This document shows, in pieces, positions 29,260 through 40,700 of a stretch of 64,000 nt of DNA (positions are counted from its first letter, which is position 1; every line of letters starts with the position of its first letter). A model generated the notes under the pieces. The model was not told the origin of the DNA, ran no database searches, and worked only from the letters and a program-made list of their open reading frames with translations. The stretch comes from an uncultured virus (IMG/VR IMGVR_UViG_3300025121_000021) (lineage: Duplodnaviria; Heunggongvirae; Uroviricota; Caudoviricetes). Location: the IMG/VR virus record IMGVR_UViG_3300025121_000021, one strand, 5' to 3'. A program made the translations under genes and the position numbers.

Positions 29260-29781
29260 TTATTGTGGCCATTCTTCGTCCTTTTCGAGGTCGATTTTGG
29301 TTGGTTCAGGAACGTATGGACCAGTGATCGTTTCGACGATATCTTTGGCGTCTTTCAAATGTGTGTTGGTGAGTTGCTTGTAGTTTTTGATCCAGATGAT
29401 CTTTTTGTTGCGTGCCTCACCGTAGAAGTAGTCGTAGAGTGTTTTTGCGATCAGTTTGTCGGTTGCGGTTGAGGGGGCGAGTGTCATGATCAAGCTGATG
29501 AGTAACGGGTATTGGTTGTCTGTAATAGCGTTGCTTATTCTTTTTTTGAGGTTTGTGATTGTCTGGTAGTATTGGTCACCTTTTTTTTCTTCTTGTATTA
29601 GCGAGTATTTGAGTGATTCGATGACATCTTGTTGGCTGTCAATTTTATCGAGTAAAGTTTTGTTTTGTTCGGGAACTTTGTTGGAAATGAGTTCTTCATT
29701 GGGCCAGAATCCATGCTCCTTGAGCGTGTTGGTGATCTCTTGAATGAGCGAGAGGATGTTTTGTGCTTGGGCGATGTCCAT
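29260..29781 (-). CDS. Coiled-coil protein with a ribosomal bL12 (L7/L12) C-terminal-like motif
   Basis: KKIIWIKNYKQLTNTHLKDAKDIVE resembles KIxxIKxxRxxTGxGLKEAKDxVE. Confidence 0.5.
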   Translation of the reverse strand: MDIAQAQNILSLIQEITNTLKEHGFWPNEELISNKVPEQNKTLLDKIDSQQDVIESLKYSLIQEEKKGDQYYQTITNLKKRISNAITDNQYPLLISLIMTLAPSTATDKLIAKTLYDYFYGEARNKKIIWIKNYKQLTNTHLKDAKDIVETITGPYVPEPTKIDLEKDEEWPQ

Positions 29782-30100
29782 GGTATTCTCCAGTGAGAAA
29801 TCGTGGTTATTTTCTGTTACATCGGAAGGTCGTTGATCGTATTGAGAGACGGAATTTTCTTGGCGAATTCTTTCATTCTCTTGAAGGTGGCTTCCATAGC
29901 AAGGTCGGCTTCTGGAAGATTAATTATCTTCTTGAGGTCTTCCCATCCGAGAATGGGGAATTCGGTGATGAAACATGCCGCGAGAGAAGTCATGAGCGTA
30001 GGAAAGTAGTTGATGAGATCCATCTCAGGGAAGTTTTTGCCTAAGATAAGGATGATCTCGCCTGCTGCCTTGTGCATGTTGACGTCGTTCATGTTGTCGT

Positions 30101-30418
30101 TCATGATTTTACCTCTTGGTTAAGATATTCTGCGATAATGTCGCCGTGGCAAGGTTTTGGTTTACAGAAGCAACCCAAGATCTTACCGCGTAATCCTAGT
30201 ATTAAGTCTTTGAATGCCTTGTCAAAATGAAGGCGCGATTCAAAGTATTGTCTATAACATTGAAGAGTGTCGCCATCATTCCAGTGAATTTCTCCACATT
30301 CTTGGCATTTTTTTCCGCGAATGATTGGATTACCGAAGTAGCCACTTTTGCCATGACCAGCTCTTCCGATGTAAACATCGTATGCACTGTTCCGCAAGTT
30401 GACTACTGTAGTTTTCAT
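30101..30418 (-). CDS. DUF4326 family protein
   Basis: YDVYIGR, FGNP, LRGKILGCFCKPKPCHGD. Confidence 0.8.
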   Translation of the reverse strand: MKTTVVNLRNSAYDVYIGRAGHGKSGYFGNPIIRGKKCQECGEIHWNDGDTLQCYRQYFESRLHFDKAFKDLILGLRGKILGCFCKPKPCHGDIIAEYLNQEVKS

Positions 30419-31031
30419 TGTTTTACCTCTTTGTAATTCTCGTGCCAGAATTTACTACAGGTGTTGAAGATGCCCATGTAGTACCCTTCACGAGTATCGG
30501 GCCGCTCTGCATGTTCTTTCGGAATGTGACGTTGGAGCAACCAGAAGCAGATTTTTTGCGCGAGTTCTGCGTTGAGTTCTGTCTGGTTGGTGATGCCAGT
30601 TTCGCCGATATAGATGTCACGGAGCGATTCGCTGCAATCGAATTCTCCGCATTTCTTTGCAACTTCAAGAGCTTCCATGTCGGGCTCGTAGAAGAACTCG
30701 TCTTCCATGTCTTGGAGTTCTTCAGGAGTGAGTTCTCGCATTTCTTCGTTATTGCAATTACAAGTGTCTTTGCAGTTTTCGTTACACATAGAACACCTCA
30801 TATCCTGTGAGATTTACGATATTTGGCGCTGTAAACAATGTTTTCTGTCTCATCCAGCGTTGGTTTTGCACCGGCGGTTGAGTGAATACACTCGTTAAAA
30901 CCGTCGAGTGCTCCTTTCGCTAGTCCTTTGGCACTATATTTCACGCACACGATTTTGTTGCACTTGCAATCTGTGTGCTCTGTTCCTTTGCGTGTGACGA
31001 TGATGCACATAACTTTCTCCTAGGTCGATTA

Positions 31032-31104
31032 TGACTCAGATGGGACTTGAACCCATGGCCACCTGATTAAAAGTCAGGTGCTCTACCAACTGAGCTACTG
31101 AGTC
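31032..31104 (-). tRNA. tRNA-Lys(UUU), no encoded CCA
   Basis: Canonical cloverleaf; CCTGA-CTTTTAA-TCAGG. Confidence 0.92.
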
Positions 31105-32682
31105 TTTTTTTATTTTCAAAAATGATTTATGTCACAGGATGATGTATTCGCGGCAGGTGCCACAGGTGAAACCCTGGACTTTGCCGGTTCCGTTGCAGCT
31201 TGGGCAATCGGGATGAGCTTCGGTGAGATGGAGAATCTCTGTGAAAGCTTCTCCGACGTGAGTTAAGTGACCCGGTAGTTCGTGTACCTTTTCTTCGATG
31301 TTGAGATGGTACATACCTGCGGTCGCTTGTAGGAGCCATTGATTTTGTTCGTCGAAGTTCATGCCTTCGACCCAGTAGATACCAGTGAGGACGGTATTGC
31401 CATGTTGCCAGCAATTTGAACTTGGCGTAACAATGTAAAACATGGTATACCTCTTATTTTTAATTTCAATAATTATTTTTTGTCACAATGAGTCATGACC
31501 CAAGTAATTGGCGCCACAATCCATATTGTCATGATGAAAAACATAAAATCGTGCCACATATTAACTTCGTGATTCTGAGAGCATATCAGCTATGAGACAT
31601 CTTACTTTATGTTCTTCATGTTCTTTGGTTGTAAAGAAGTGTATTGACCAGATGAGTTCTGGAGTAAGCTGAACTTTGACGAGTCTAGCAAACCGAAGGC
31701 CAAGATTTGAAATCTCTGCGATTTCGACCTCTTTGTGTGTGCGAATGTTGATGATGACTTCATTTTCATCTTTCCAGGTATACAAATGGTCGCCGGGTAA
31801 TGCCCATTTAGTGAAGCAGTCGGAGATGTTTTGGGATATTTCAGGAGAATTTTTCCCGGCTAATGTCAAGATGTAAGTGTCTTGAGGCATGATATTCTCC
31901 TGAGGAAGTTTTAACATTCAGCTATGCAGATTATGGTAGCTATTAGAGCCAATAAAAATGCTATGACGTCCATAGTTCCTCTTATTTGAAATTGCGAGTG
32001 ATTTTGTTGAAGGCGATGAGTGCGATAATTCCCGAGACGATAGCGTATGTGATTACTGTTCCTGCGATAACGAGGACGATGGTCAATAAATCGCTCATGG
32101 TATTCTTCTTAGTTTAGGATTGCTGTTAGACACACAATAGAGCCTAGCCCTATTATGATGTAAATAGCGCGTAAGGTTTCTATTTCCATTGTTTTTCTCT
32201 ATTTTTAAATTTTATGATTCTTTTATGTCAAAAGTGAAAAACGCGCAAGAACTAATATCTAGTCAACCTAAAGAAAAAACGAATAAGATTATTATTATTA
32301 GTGCGATAGAGAAAGCAAGAATCCACATAATTACCTCAACTTATTTAGAGTCCTTTCTTTATTGTTTCCATATATTGAAGTATTGTCTCTTGTAATTCAA
32401 GAATTTCTAGTGCAATAGGATTATTATTATTTGCTTCTAGCTTGATGAAGTTGGTTATTATTTGGAAGTTCGTTGATTGGATACTGTAGTTTATGCATTC
32501 CATTAATTCTTTTATATTCAGTAAAGTTGCGCTTCGATGCCTTTTGGCAGTATTGGCTTTGCGTATCGCATTCTCAGTAGTGAGTTCTGCTTGGAGTTCT
32601 TTGATGTCTTTTAAAATTTCTGCGCTATTCATTGTAGAACTCCTTGTGCTTTTAAGAAAAAAAATCGCGCGCCATAATCTAC

Positions 32683-33225
32683 TTATTTCTCAAGCTCTGC
32701 TTTTGTTGGTAATCTTCCTCCTTGTTTTTCCGCCCAGTCTTTGGCTTCTTCAAAAGTCATTTTTTCTTTTGATATTAAGTTTTTGCCTTCATGAAGCCAT
32801 GAAATATATATATCAGGATCTGTATCTGAAATAGGAGTAACTTTATAACCCTGATCTCTTAGTTCTTGAATGAGTAAAGGAATATCTGCCGGAACTTTAC
32901 ATCCAAAGTGTCCAACTCCAATGGCAGCCTGTATTGTATTAAAAATTTTGCGCCTTCTGTTCTCCAAGACTTGTTGGTAAGCAAATTCCGCAGGATTATA
33001 TGTAGTTTCTGTAACTCGTTTCAATTCTTTAAGTGAGTGATCCATTTTGTTATATAGTTCCCAGGTTTTTGCGCTTGTTTGTTTCCAAGCCTCTGTCTTC
33101 TTTATTTCCTTGCGACGGCTAATCTCGAGGTATATTACACTTACGATAAGACAAATTTTTAGACCTATCGAAAATAAAAAGTAAGTATCCATGTTATTTG
33201 CTCCTTTGAGTTTAGTTGAATTCAA
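32683..33225 (-). CDS. Membrane-anchored protein ending in a truncated DUF1566 fragment
   Basis: N-terminal TM helix; C-terminus KMTFEEAKDWAEKQGGRLPTKAELEK-stop. Confidence 0.55.
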   Translation of the reverse strand: MNSTKLKGANNMDTYFLFSIGLKICLIVSVIYLEISRRKEIKKTEAWKQTSAKTWELYNKMDHSLKELKRVTETTYNPAEFAYQQVLENRRRKIFNTIQAAIGVGHFGCKVPADIPLLIQELRDQGYKVTPISDTDPDIYISWLHEGKNLISKEKMTFEEAKDWAEKQGGRLPTKAELEK

Positions 33226-33977
33226 TTATTCCAGAGCCTCTACATCCCTTTTAGGGATCGGATGTTTAGTTTCGCAAATAAATCCAATTGTTAATTCTGT
33301 TGATAGACCATATCTAATTGCGCCATAGATATCTTCCATGAGTTTAACAGCAGCATGAAGGTCTGCCATTGAGTCATAGTTACTTAGTGAAACAAGATAT
33401 CTATAACACATATTTCCCTCTATTGATTTGTTTATATTTTAGGGTATTTTCTATAATCAGAGAAAGAGCCTCCGGTATGGTTTTTGGTGGAGTCATCATA
33501 GTACTGTGCATGTCCGCCTCTTTGACGGCCAATGGAGTCTCCGTGGTATAGAGCTACTCCCATGAATAGGTTTCCGATGGTTTGATCGTAATACCAAGCG
33601 CGCCCACCGTATTGGTTTCCGATGGTTTTCCCAAAGAAAATCCGGGTCATGCCATGTTTTACGTCAATTTCCCCCTCCAGTACAAAGTGTGCTTTGCACC
33701 AGGCAGGAAGTTTGGCGCGGCAAGCTTCTTCCATCTCTTTTGGATTAGCCCATTCCGGTAAATAAGTTTGATCCACATGGAATACCCATTGTTCCAGTGG
33801 TAGGCGGTAATTTTCGTCAGGCGGTGTTATTTCGCAGCGAACCAGACCATTTCGTAAACCATCGATATGATTGAGATGATTCTCATCAATGATATGCTCA
33901 TGGCTATCACCACTTTCGGAGAAGAATACTTCGTTCTTCGTAACAACAAAACTTGCTGATTGACACATATTCCTCTC

Positions 33978-34125
33978 CTGCAAAAGTGCTTGTTTGACTA
34001 CAAAACAGCCGTCTTACCTTGGCAAACAGCCGTCTTACTATAAAACTGCCAGTCTTATCTAGTTTTGGTCGGTTGTCTTCTGCAAAAGTGCCTATCTGAC
34101 TACCTTCTCTACCCCAAGTCTTATC
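33978..34125. repeat. Cluster of short direct repeats in an intergenic region
   Basis: AAACAGCCGTCTTAC twice plus a variant AAACTGCCAGTCTTATC; CTGCAAAAGTGC-N5-TGACTAC twice. Confidence 0.7.
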
Positions 34126-34775
34126 ACTTTCTATGTGATTTTCTCAGGGAATCTGCTACTTTTCTTGTTTATGTTGCACTGCGTTAGGGAATCTTCCTGA
34201 TCCCTACGGAGCCACACTCTTTTTCCCTCTCAATGATTTCTGACCCTTACGAAACCAAGGTATCAAAAATCCCTAAGGGGGAATAAAAATGTGAAAATGC
34301 AGTGCGTCAAGGAAATCACTCGATCAGAGCGAGGAGGGCTTGGAGGTCGGGAGTGGCGAAAATTGCCCGGCCTAACACACGAGAGATGTGTTGCCGGTTT
34401 TGATCTGTTACGAGTTTGTTGTAAGCAGCGGATTGCGCTGCCCTAAACTCGTCACCTCCGAATTTATGAGCTTCGTCCATCGCTCGAGAAATATATTGTG
34501 GTTCGTAGCGCATATGTACCTCTCTATTTTAATTTTCGAAATAAGATTTATGTCACAGACCATACCCTGTGTAGTAACAGGGATGATCTCCTGGATCTAC
34601 GTCTTCGTCGATTTCTCGACAAAATACGAAGAGCCTATATAAATCGAAATATTTCTTTCTGCTCGCGTCGTCTATCAATGCGAGGAGCTTATGAGATTTT
34701 GCGCACGTATCTTCGTAAATCGCATTGTAAAGTCTCATGCGCGCCTCTTTTTCTTTTTTTATTTCACGGATATTT

Positions 34776-37700
34776 TTATGTCAAAGACGAATAACCGAGG
34801 AGAGCTTTTACTTTTTCAGCGAGCGAGCGCCAGCGAGCGAGCGCTGGTTTCTCTTTTTGAGTTTTGCTACTTTTCTTTTTTGTAGGGTTGGATACGGAGC
34901 GAATAGGTAGAGTCTCAGCCCTATAGGTGTAGGATAGCGACGAGCGAGCGCCAGCGAGTGAGGAGCGGTTGAACGAGAACCGAGGAGAGGTTACGGAGCG
35001 GGAGGAAGGGTGCGGTGACGGAGCGGCATTATATTCTGTATCGGTACTGGTACTTGTTTGCTTTAGAATATTGTTATAATCCATTTCATTAAGAATCTTG
35101 GCGGCCATAAATACTGTTATGTGCTGCTTCTTTGCACTTACCAATAAATCTTTTACTCTATCCCATTGGGGTTTAACATTTACAAAAGGAGGTAAAACCA
35201 TTAACTTTCCTCTAACTTTATAGTGTCGGATTACGTTGTAGTTTCTCCATAAAGCTGTTTGATATATTTTACTTTCATCTGTATATCGTTGACACATAGC
35301 TACTGCCCACATTTCTGCTATTAGTTCCAGTATGCCTACAGATTCTGGCGTTTCTGAATCTGTTGTAAAGTCTTGCCTCCAATAATGGTTGGCCAATCTA
35401 TCTAAATGATGTCCAACCTCATGGAAGAGAATTCTCTTGGTTGGGTCAGTTGCCAAGTCAATTGTTCTCATGGCAGGGTTATAAGCTCCATCGCAAAGGG
35501 TTAGGTATGAATTGATCCTCACCCTAAAGCCATAGTCATCAGCAAGAGATCTTGCCATATCTATAGTTATGGGGTCGTTTTCCCCTAACTTGTTAAGTTC
35601 TTGCTTGAGTGCAAGAATTTCTTCGGGACTCAATCCTTCTGAGCCATGGTAATTACGAGAGCGGCTCCACTCTGTCCAAGCTTCAAAAATCTCTTGATCT
35701 AAAGTAGAATCCATATGTCCCTCCGAGTAAAAGTCTTCGTCCAAAAAATCTTCATCTTCGTCGATCTTATCTTTTATTTGAGGAGTGTTAGGGTCTACTA
35801 TATATTTCTTGACCTTCTTCAGTTGTTGAGCAAAGTCTTTAGAAGCAGAAGTGATCCGATTGCTCATGTCAAAACACTGAACTACCTTGCCTGTCTGGAC
35901 ACTCACTTGCGCGCAGACAGTTCCTTTGCGGAAAAATAAGTCGCGCGAGTCTTTGTAACTTCCTAAACAATGACGCATCTCGGATCCTATCTTTACCATG
36001 TCTAATTTTGTCTTGATCCTAAGATCTTCCCAACTTGGAGGCAGGGTCTTATTACATGGCATAACTTCATTGGGCATTGGAATATTTGTAGAGAGATCGT
36101 TCTCTATTGCACGCTGATGATTCCAGATTGCCGTTTCTAATATTCTGACGGGAGATCCATTGTATCTGCGAGTACCAGGAATATCGTCATTTAAGAGTTG
36201 AGCACCATCTTTAATAAACCTTATTAGCATATCCATCTTTTTCATAGATGGGATTGCTTTAACATGCAAGACTTCATTGCAGAATTGTTTGTATGCAGTC
36301 TTGCTAGAAATAACCTTTAGCCCTATAACAGTAGCTCTTATCTCACGGGGAGTAAGCAAAGAGTAATCTGATGAAAGGTCGTAGTATCTAGTAGAATTAG
36401 TTAGAAGCCATACATAGTAATCATGTCTACTATTAAGAGCTTCAGACGGGATATCTATGCTAGGAATGGGTAAAAACCGCAACTTCTCTATGTTCTTAGG
36501 AGCGTGTTTTCCAAAAGGCATCTTGTTGCTTGCATAAAGAGAATCCCTTAGAGCTACTGTATCTATTAACCACCGAGCATAACCCGCTGGGACTTTCAAT
36601 AAGTCCGTAGGATAGTCGAGGTCCCACATTGCTACATAGCAATCCTTAAACGGCTTCTGTGTCCGACAGGAAACTTGCAGTAGTTCTTTAAAACTAAGAG
36701 GAGAGAAACTATTCAATATAGAGGCCGCCCATTTAATATGGAAGGTCCTTATGAGAGGGAAGTCTTTTGGGAGTCGGCCTTTTTCCTTATCCTTTTTCAT
36801 TCCTATATAGTATGAATTCTTATTTCTTACCATTGGATTATGTCCTAGATCTTTGTGCCTCCAGTGTCCAAAGAAGTCCTTTTGTTCGAGGTTGCTGGTG
36901 GTTAAGTCAACGTAAATGTCCTTTTCTAAAAGCACTAGAATTTTGTAGAGTGGTATATCTTTATCTGTAAGGGCTTTTACCTGATCTTCTAGGCAAGATT
37001 CTTTTTGGCCCTCACAAATAGGGAACCAATAATATCTAGTATTTCGTAGGTGAGTATACATACACAAAGCCCAATACTTAACATTGGCCTGTTCGGGAGG
37101 AGTTGGAGTATTAGGATGTTCATCTCCAATAAACAATCCATGTTTATTGAGTTGTTCAATTATCTTACTAATCTGATGTCCCTCCGAATTGAGTGAGATG
37201 CCAGCATTAAATAACTTATTTACATCAGTTTCGCCGGTTTCAATCTGATGCTCATAAGCCCTCTTGAGGATTAAGCCCATTTCTTTTCCTTGCTTATATC
37301 CCCTAGAGACTAAGTGTCTACCCATTAAGATAGGCTCGATTTTCCCTTCTCCGAACGATTCGAAATAGCCAAATGCCATTTGAGAAGGAATATGTGGATC
37401 GTTTAAGGAATAACCTTTCCGGCCGCAAGAATCTGCCTTAGACATTAATCCAATAACATCCAAGCGGATTCTATTGTGGAGACGACGCCAAGCTGCAACT
37501 CCTGCCCCTGATTGGTGGAATTGACCGGGCATCATATGATTTCCAACAATGAGTTCAACCTTATTAATAAGATCGACTTCATTGGTCATAGATTCCATGA
37601 ATTGACGAGCAATAGGTATACCTACTTGGTCATGCCCGTATGCCGTCAAAGTTTCGCGATCAGTGGTCTGTGGTTTACCTACGTCATGAAGCATAGCTCC

Positions 37701-40700
37701 AAACATGTAAGCAAGCTTCCAGGGCTCTGGTACTTGATCCTTGAGAATTGCCGCATTATCCAATACCATCAAGGTATGGACCCAAGCATCACCCTCAGGA
37801 TGGTGCTCAGGATTTTGCTGGCAACCGATCAAGGCTTCCAGAGCCAAGAACCACTTAATCCAACCACAATCCTTGAGGAATTCTAATCCCATAGAAGGCT
37901 TATTAGCTTTCAGTAGGAGTTTCTTGAACTCTTCAAAGATCCTCTCCTTAGGCAGGGTAGGATATTCTGATTGCATCGAGCGACATAACTCGATGGTCTC
38001 AGAGGCTACCTTCTTACCTTTACGAGGCAGAAGTTGCATGATGCGCAAAACGCGCAATGGATCTTCAATGAAAGTTTCTGCGCAAGTGGCGCGCAAAATC
38101 CCTTCATTCAAATCCTTCATTCCACCGAAGTGATCTACAACTTCTCCGGTATGCAAATTTACATACATAGAGTTAATTGTAAGATCCCTTCTCTTCCCCG
38201 CTTCTTCAGGAGTAAGATTGGGGAGTAACTCAACTTGGAAACCTTTGTGGCCTACACCACAACGATTCTCCAGTCGAGGAACATTAAGATCTATGTCAGT
38301 AGTCCCGACTTTGACCTTAATAATTCCAAAGGCAGCACCAACCATATCTGCCTTATATCCCCATTCTTCCAGGTAATCTTGGAGTTGTTTCATTGAAAGT
38401 CCATAGACCTCAATGTCCCAATCCTTGATCTGTCGACCTTGGATGCGGTCAATGACTGCTCCTCCGATGAGGAGAGTCTTTGCTTTGACAGACCAAAGGT
38501 CTTGAAGCAAAACTTCCACATCACCAAGGTCAACCCCAAAGTCTTCGTCATGACCTTCACTGGCCATTGAGACGGTGATTTCAGTCATTTCTTCACCCTC
38601 CCAATCCCAAGTCTCTTCAGTCATGGTCAACCCCATACGATTAACTAATGACTTCACGATTGGGGAGGAAGTGCTCCTACAGTCCATTGTGACAGTCTTC
38701 ACATTATTCTGCTTGAGTACCCGCATACAGCGAGTGATCAAGCGAGCAACGCAAGAGGAAGGAGATCCTGGAATTTTTGCCAGGTCAGCAATCTCTGCCT
38801 CATCTCCTTGGATGCTTCCAAGCAGATAAGCAGAATCGCCCTCTGTCATAGCCAAGATCTCACTGGGTTCACACTCCAGATATTCACAGATGCCTTCAAG
38901 GCTGAACTCTTCTGCCTTGTAGGATCGCATGAATTCTGGATATGCCAATTCCTCGATCCGAACGATCAGATCGAAGTTGATATCTTGGTGTCCCTCCGAC
39001 GCCAGTTTCACGACACCCTCAGCGGTGTCGGTATAGTTAACTGGGGCCGATACCGGGAGACGAGTGACCTGGTACTCCTCTTGCAGCTTCTCGGAATACT
39101 TATTGTATCCGAGTCCGCAATAGACGGCGCCGATGCCGTCGGCCCTCACGGATTTTACTGCCCTCTTGAAGAGGTCATAAACCGTGGGGTCGCCACTTGC
39201 TCCTTCGATGTTATCAATAACAAGGATGCGGTTAGATACCCACACCCACGCCTGAGCAACAAGGCGTTTGCTATTGAATACCACCCAGAAACAGCCATCT
39301 TTGCTGGCCATTCCATGGATAGCACACTCCGAGGCAAATCCTTCGTAGCTCTGACAACAGCCAGTATACCTACCAAGGAATGGTCCCCGGGGATCATTAA
39401 CATCAAGAGTCTTCAGGGTGTAAGTCCCTTCAGAGACATTAACCCAAGGGATACTCTTGACTGGAGACTTATTGAACCAGTACTGAGTCAGCGTATTGAA
39501 GTCGCTAACTCCAGCCTGATAAGCCTCTGTCGCTAACGGGAGTAGTTCTGGAACTACTTTCCCGTAGGAGTTCTCAACCCCCTTCCTACAGATCTCTGCC
39601 TGTAGATCTTCTTTCTTGAGGAGTAGATACTCCTCAATGGGAATATCCTCAGTCCAAGACCGGAGGGGTTGCAACCAGTCCAGTTTGGAACAGTTGCGGA
39701 ACTTCCAGTATAACTGGAAGATTTCCTTCTTTTCCAAAAGGTACACCTCGGTTTCCATTGTCTGGACTCCGACATCGTGTATTCTGGAGAGAAAGAGATC
39801 CACTCCTTCCTTGCCGTATTTAGCATATTTTGACAACATACGGGCAACGATAGCCGTCTGGTTGTCTTCCAGCAAAGATTTCCAACCAAATTGGAAAAAC
39901 CTCCAGTTCGATTTCAGGGCCACAATCTCCTTCCTGTCGCGAATGCCATCTATGATAGCTTTCGCCTGAGGAACACGCCCGAAGGTATTCATCCAATACG
40001 CTTCGACGTGATGTGGATTGTCTCTCCAGTTAAGCGCTCTCTTATAAGCGAGAACGCTTTGGGGGAGTTGACCATCCGTTCCCCAAGAGATGAGATTCCT
40101 AATGGAGAGAATCTCCACCCTGGAGATGTCTCCCAGAGTTTCAAGAGGAAGACCGGCATGTAACAATGTACCGGCCAAGAAGATCCTCTCAAGCTCCGAG
40201 TACATTTGCATTGCCTGCCAGGCAACCAAATGGTCATCAAGGAATGAAAGAGACATCTCTAGTACTTTTTCTCCTTGCAAGGGCGTTGTTGCCCAATGGA
40301 AGGTTTCTCTCAGCATTTTCGCGATGCCAAGATACTTCCTCCTAGAGATGGGAGAGTCTATTTTGCTGGCTTTTTCTATGTTAAACCAGCAACCTAAATT
40401 ACTCCCATTGTATCCTTCGGCAATAAGCCAGTCAATATATTCCGAGGACAAATTTTGGGTCGTATATATCCCGTTTGTCAACCCTGGAATATAGTAACTG
40501 TAAATTGCCGAGACTACAGTTGCTCTGGTCTCAGAAGGACAGAGATATTCATCTGTCCTCTTTATCTCAGACAGGATATAGTCCCTTAGTTCCAGGGAGG
40601 GGTTGAGGACTATTCCCTTCTGCCAGACCAAGGCAATCTGTTGCCCTGGAGTAACGGTGTCCAAAGGAGAATCGATCTCCTCGATATCCTCCTTGGACAA

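Noticed and set aside
33978..34125. CRISPR array
   Set aside because: Repeats are about 15 nt with 4-6 nt gaps and no spacer-length unique sequences. The PD-(D/E)XK gene at 48477 has no cas neighbours.
35715..35726. SEGH motifs as relic Shine-Dalgarno sites of fused genes (TCGGAGGGACAT-ATG)
   Set aside because: Only one of the eight is followed by Met and several are encoded without GGAGG (e.g. AGT GAA GGT CAT). An internal start at site 8 remains possible.
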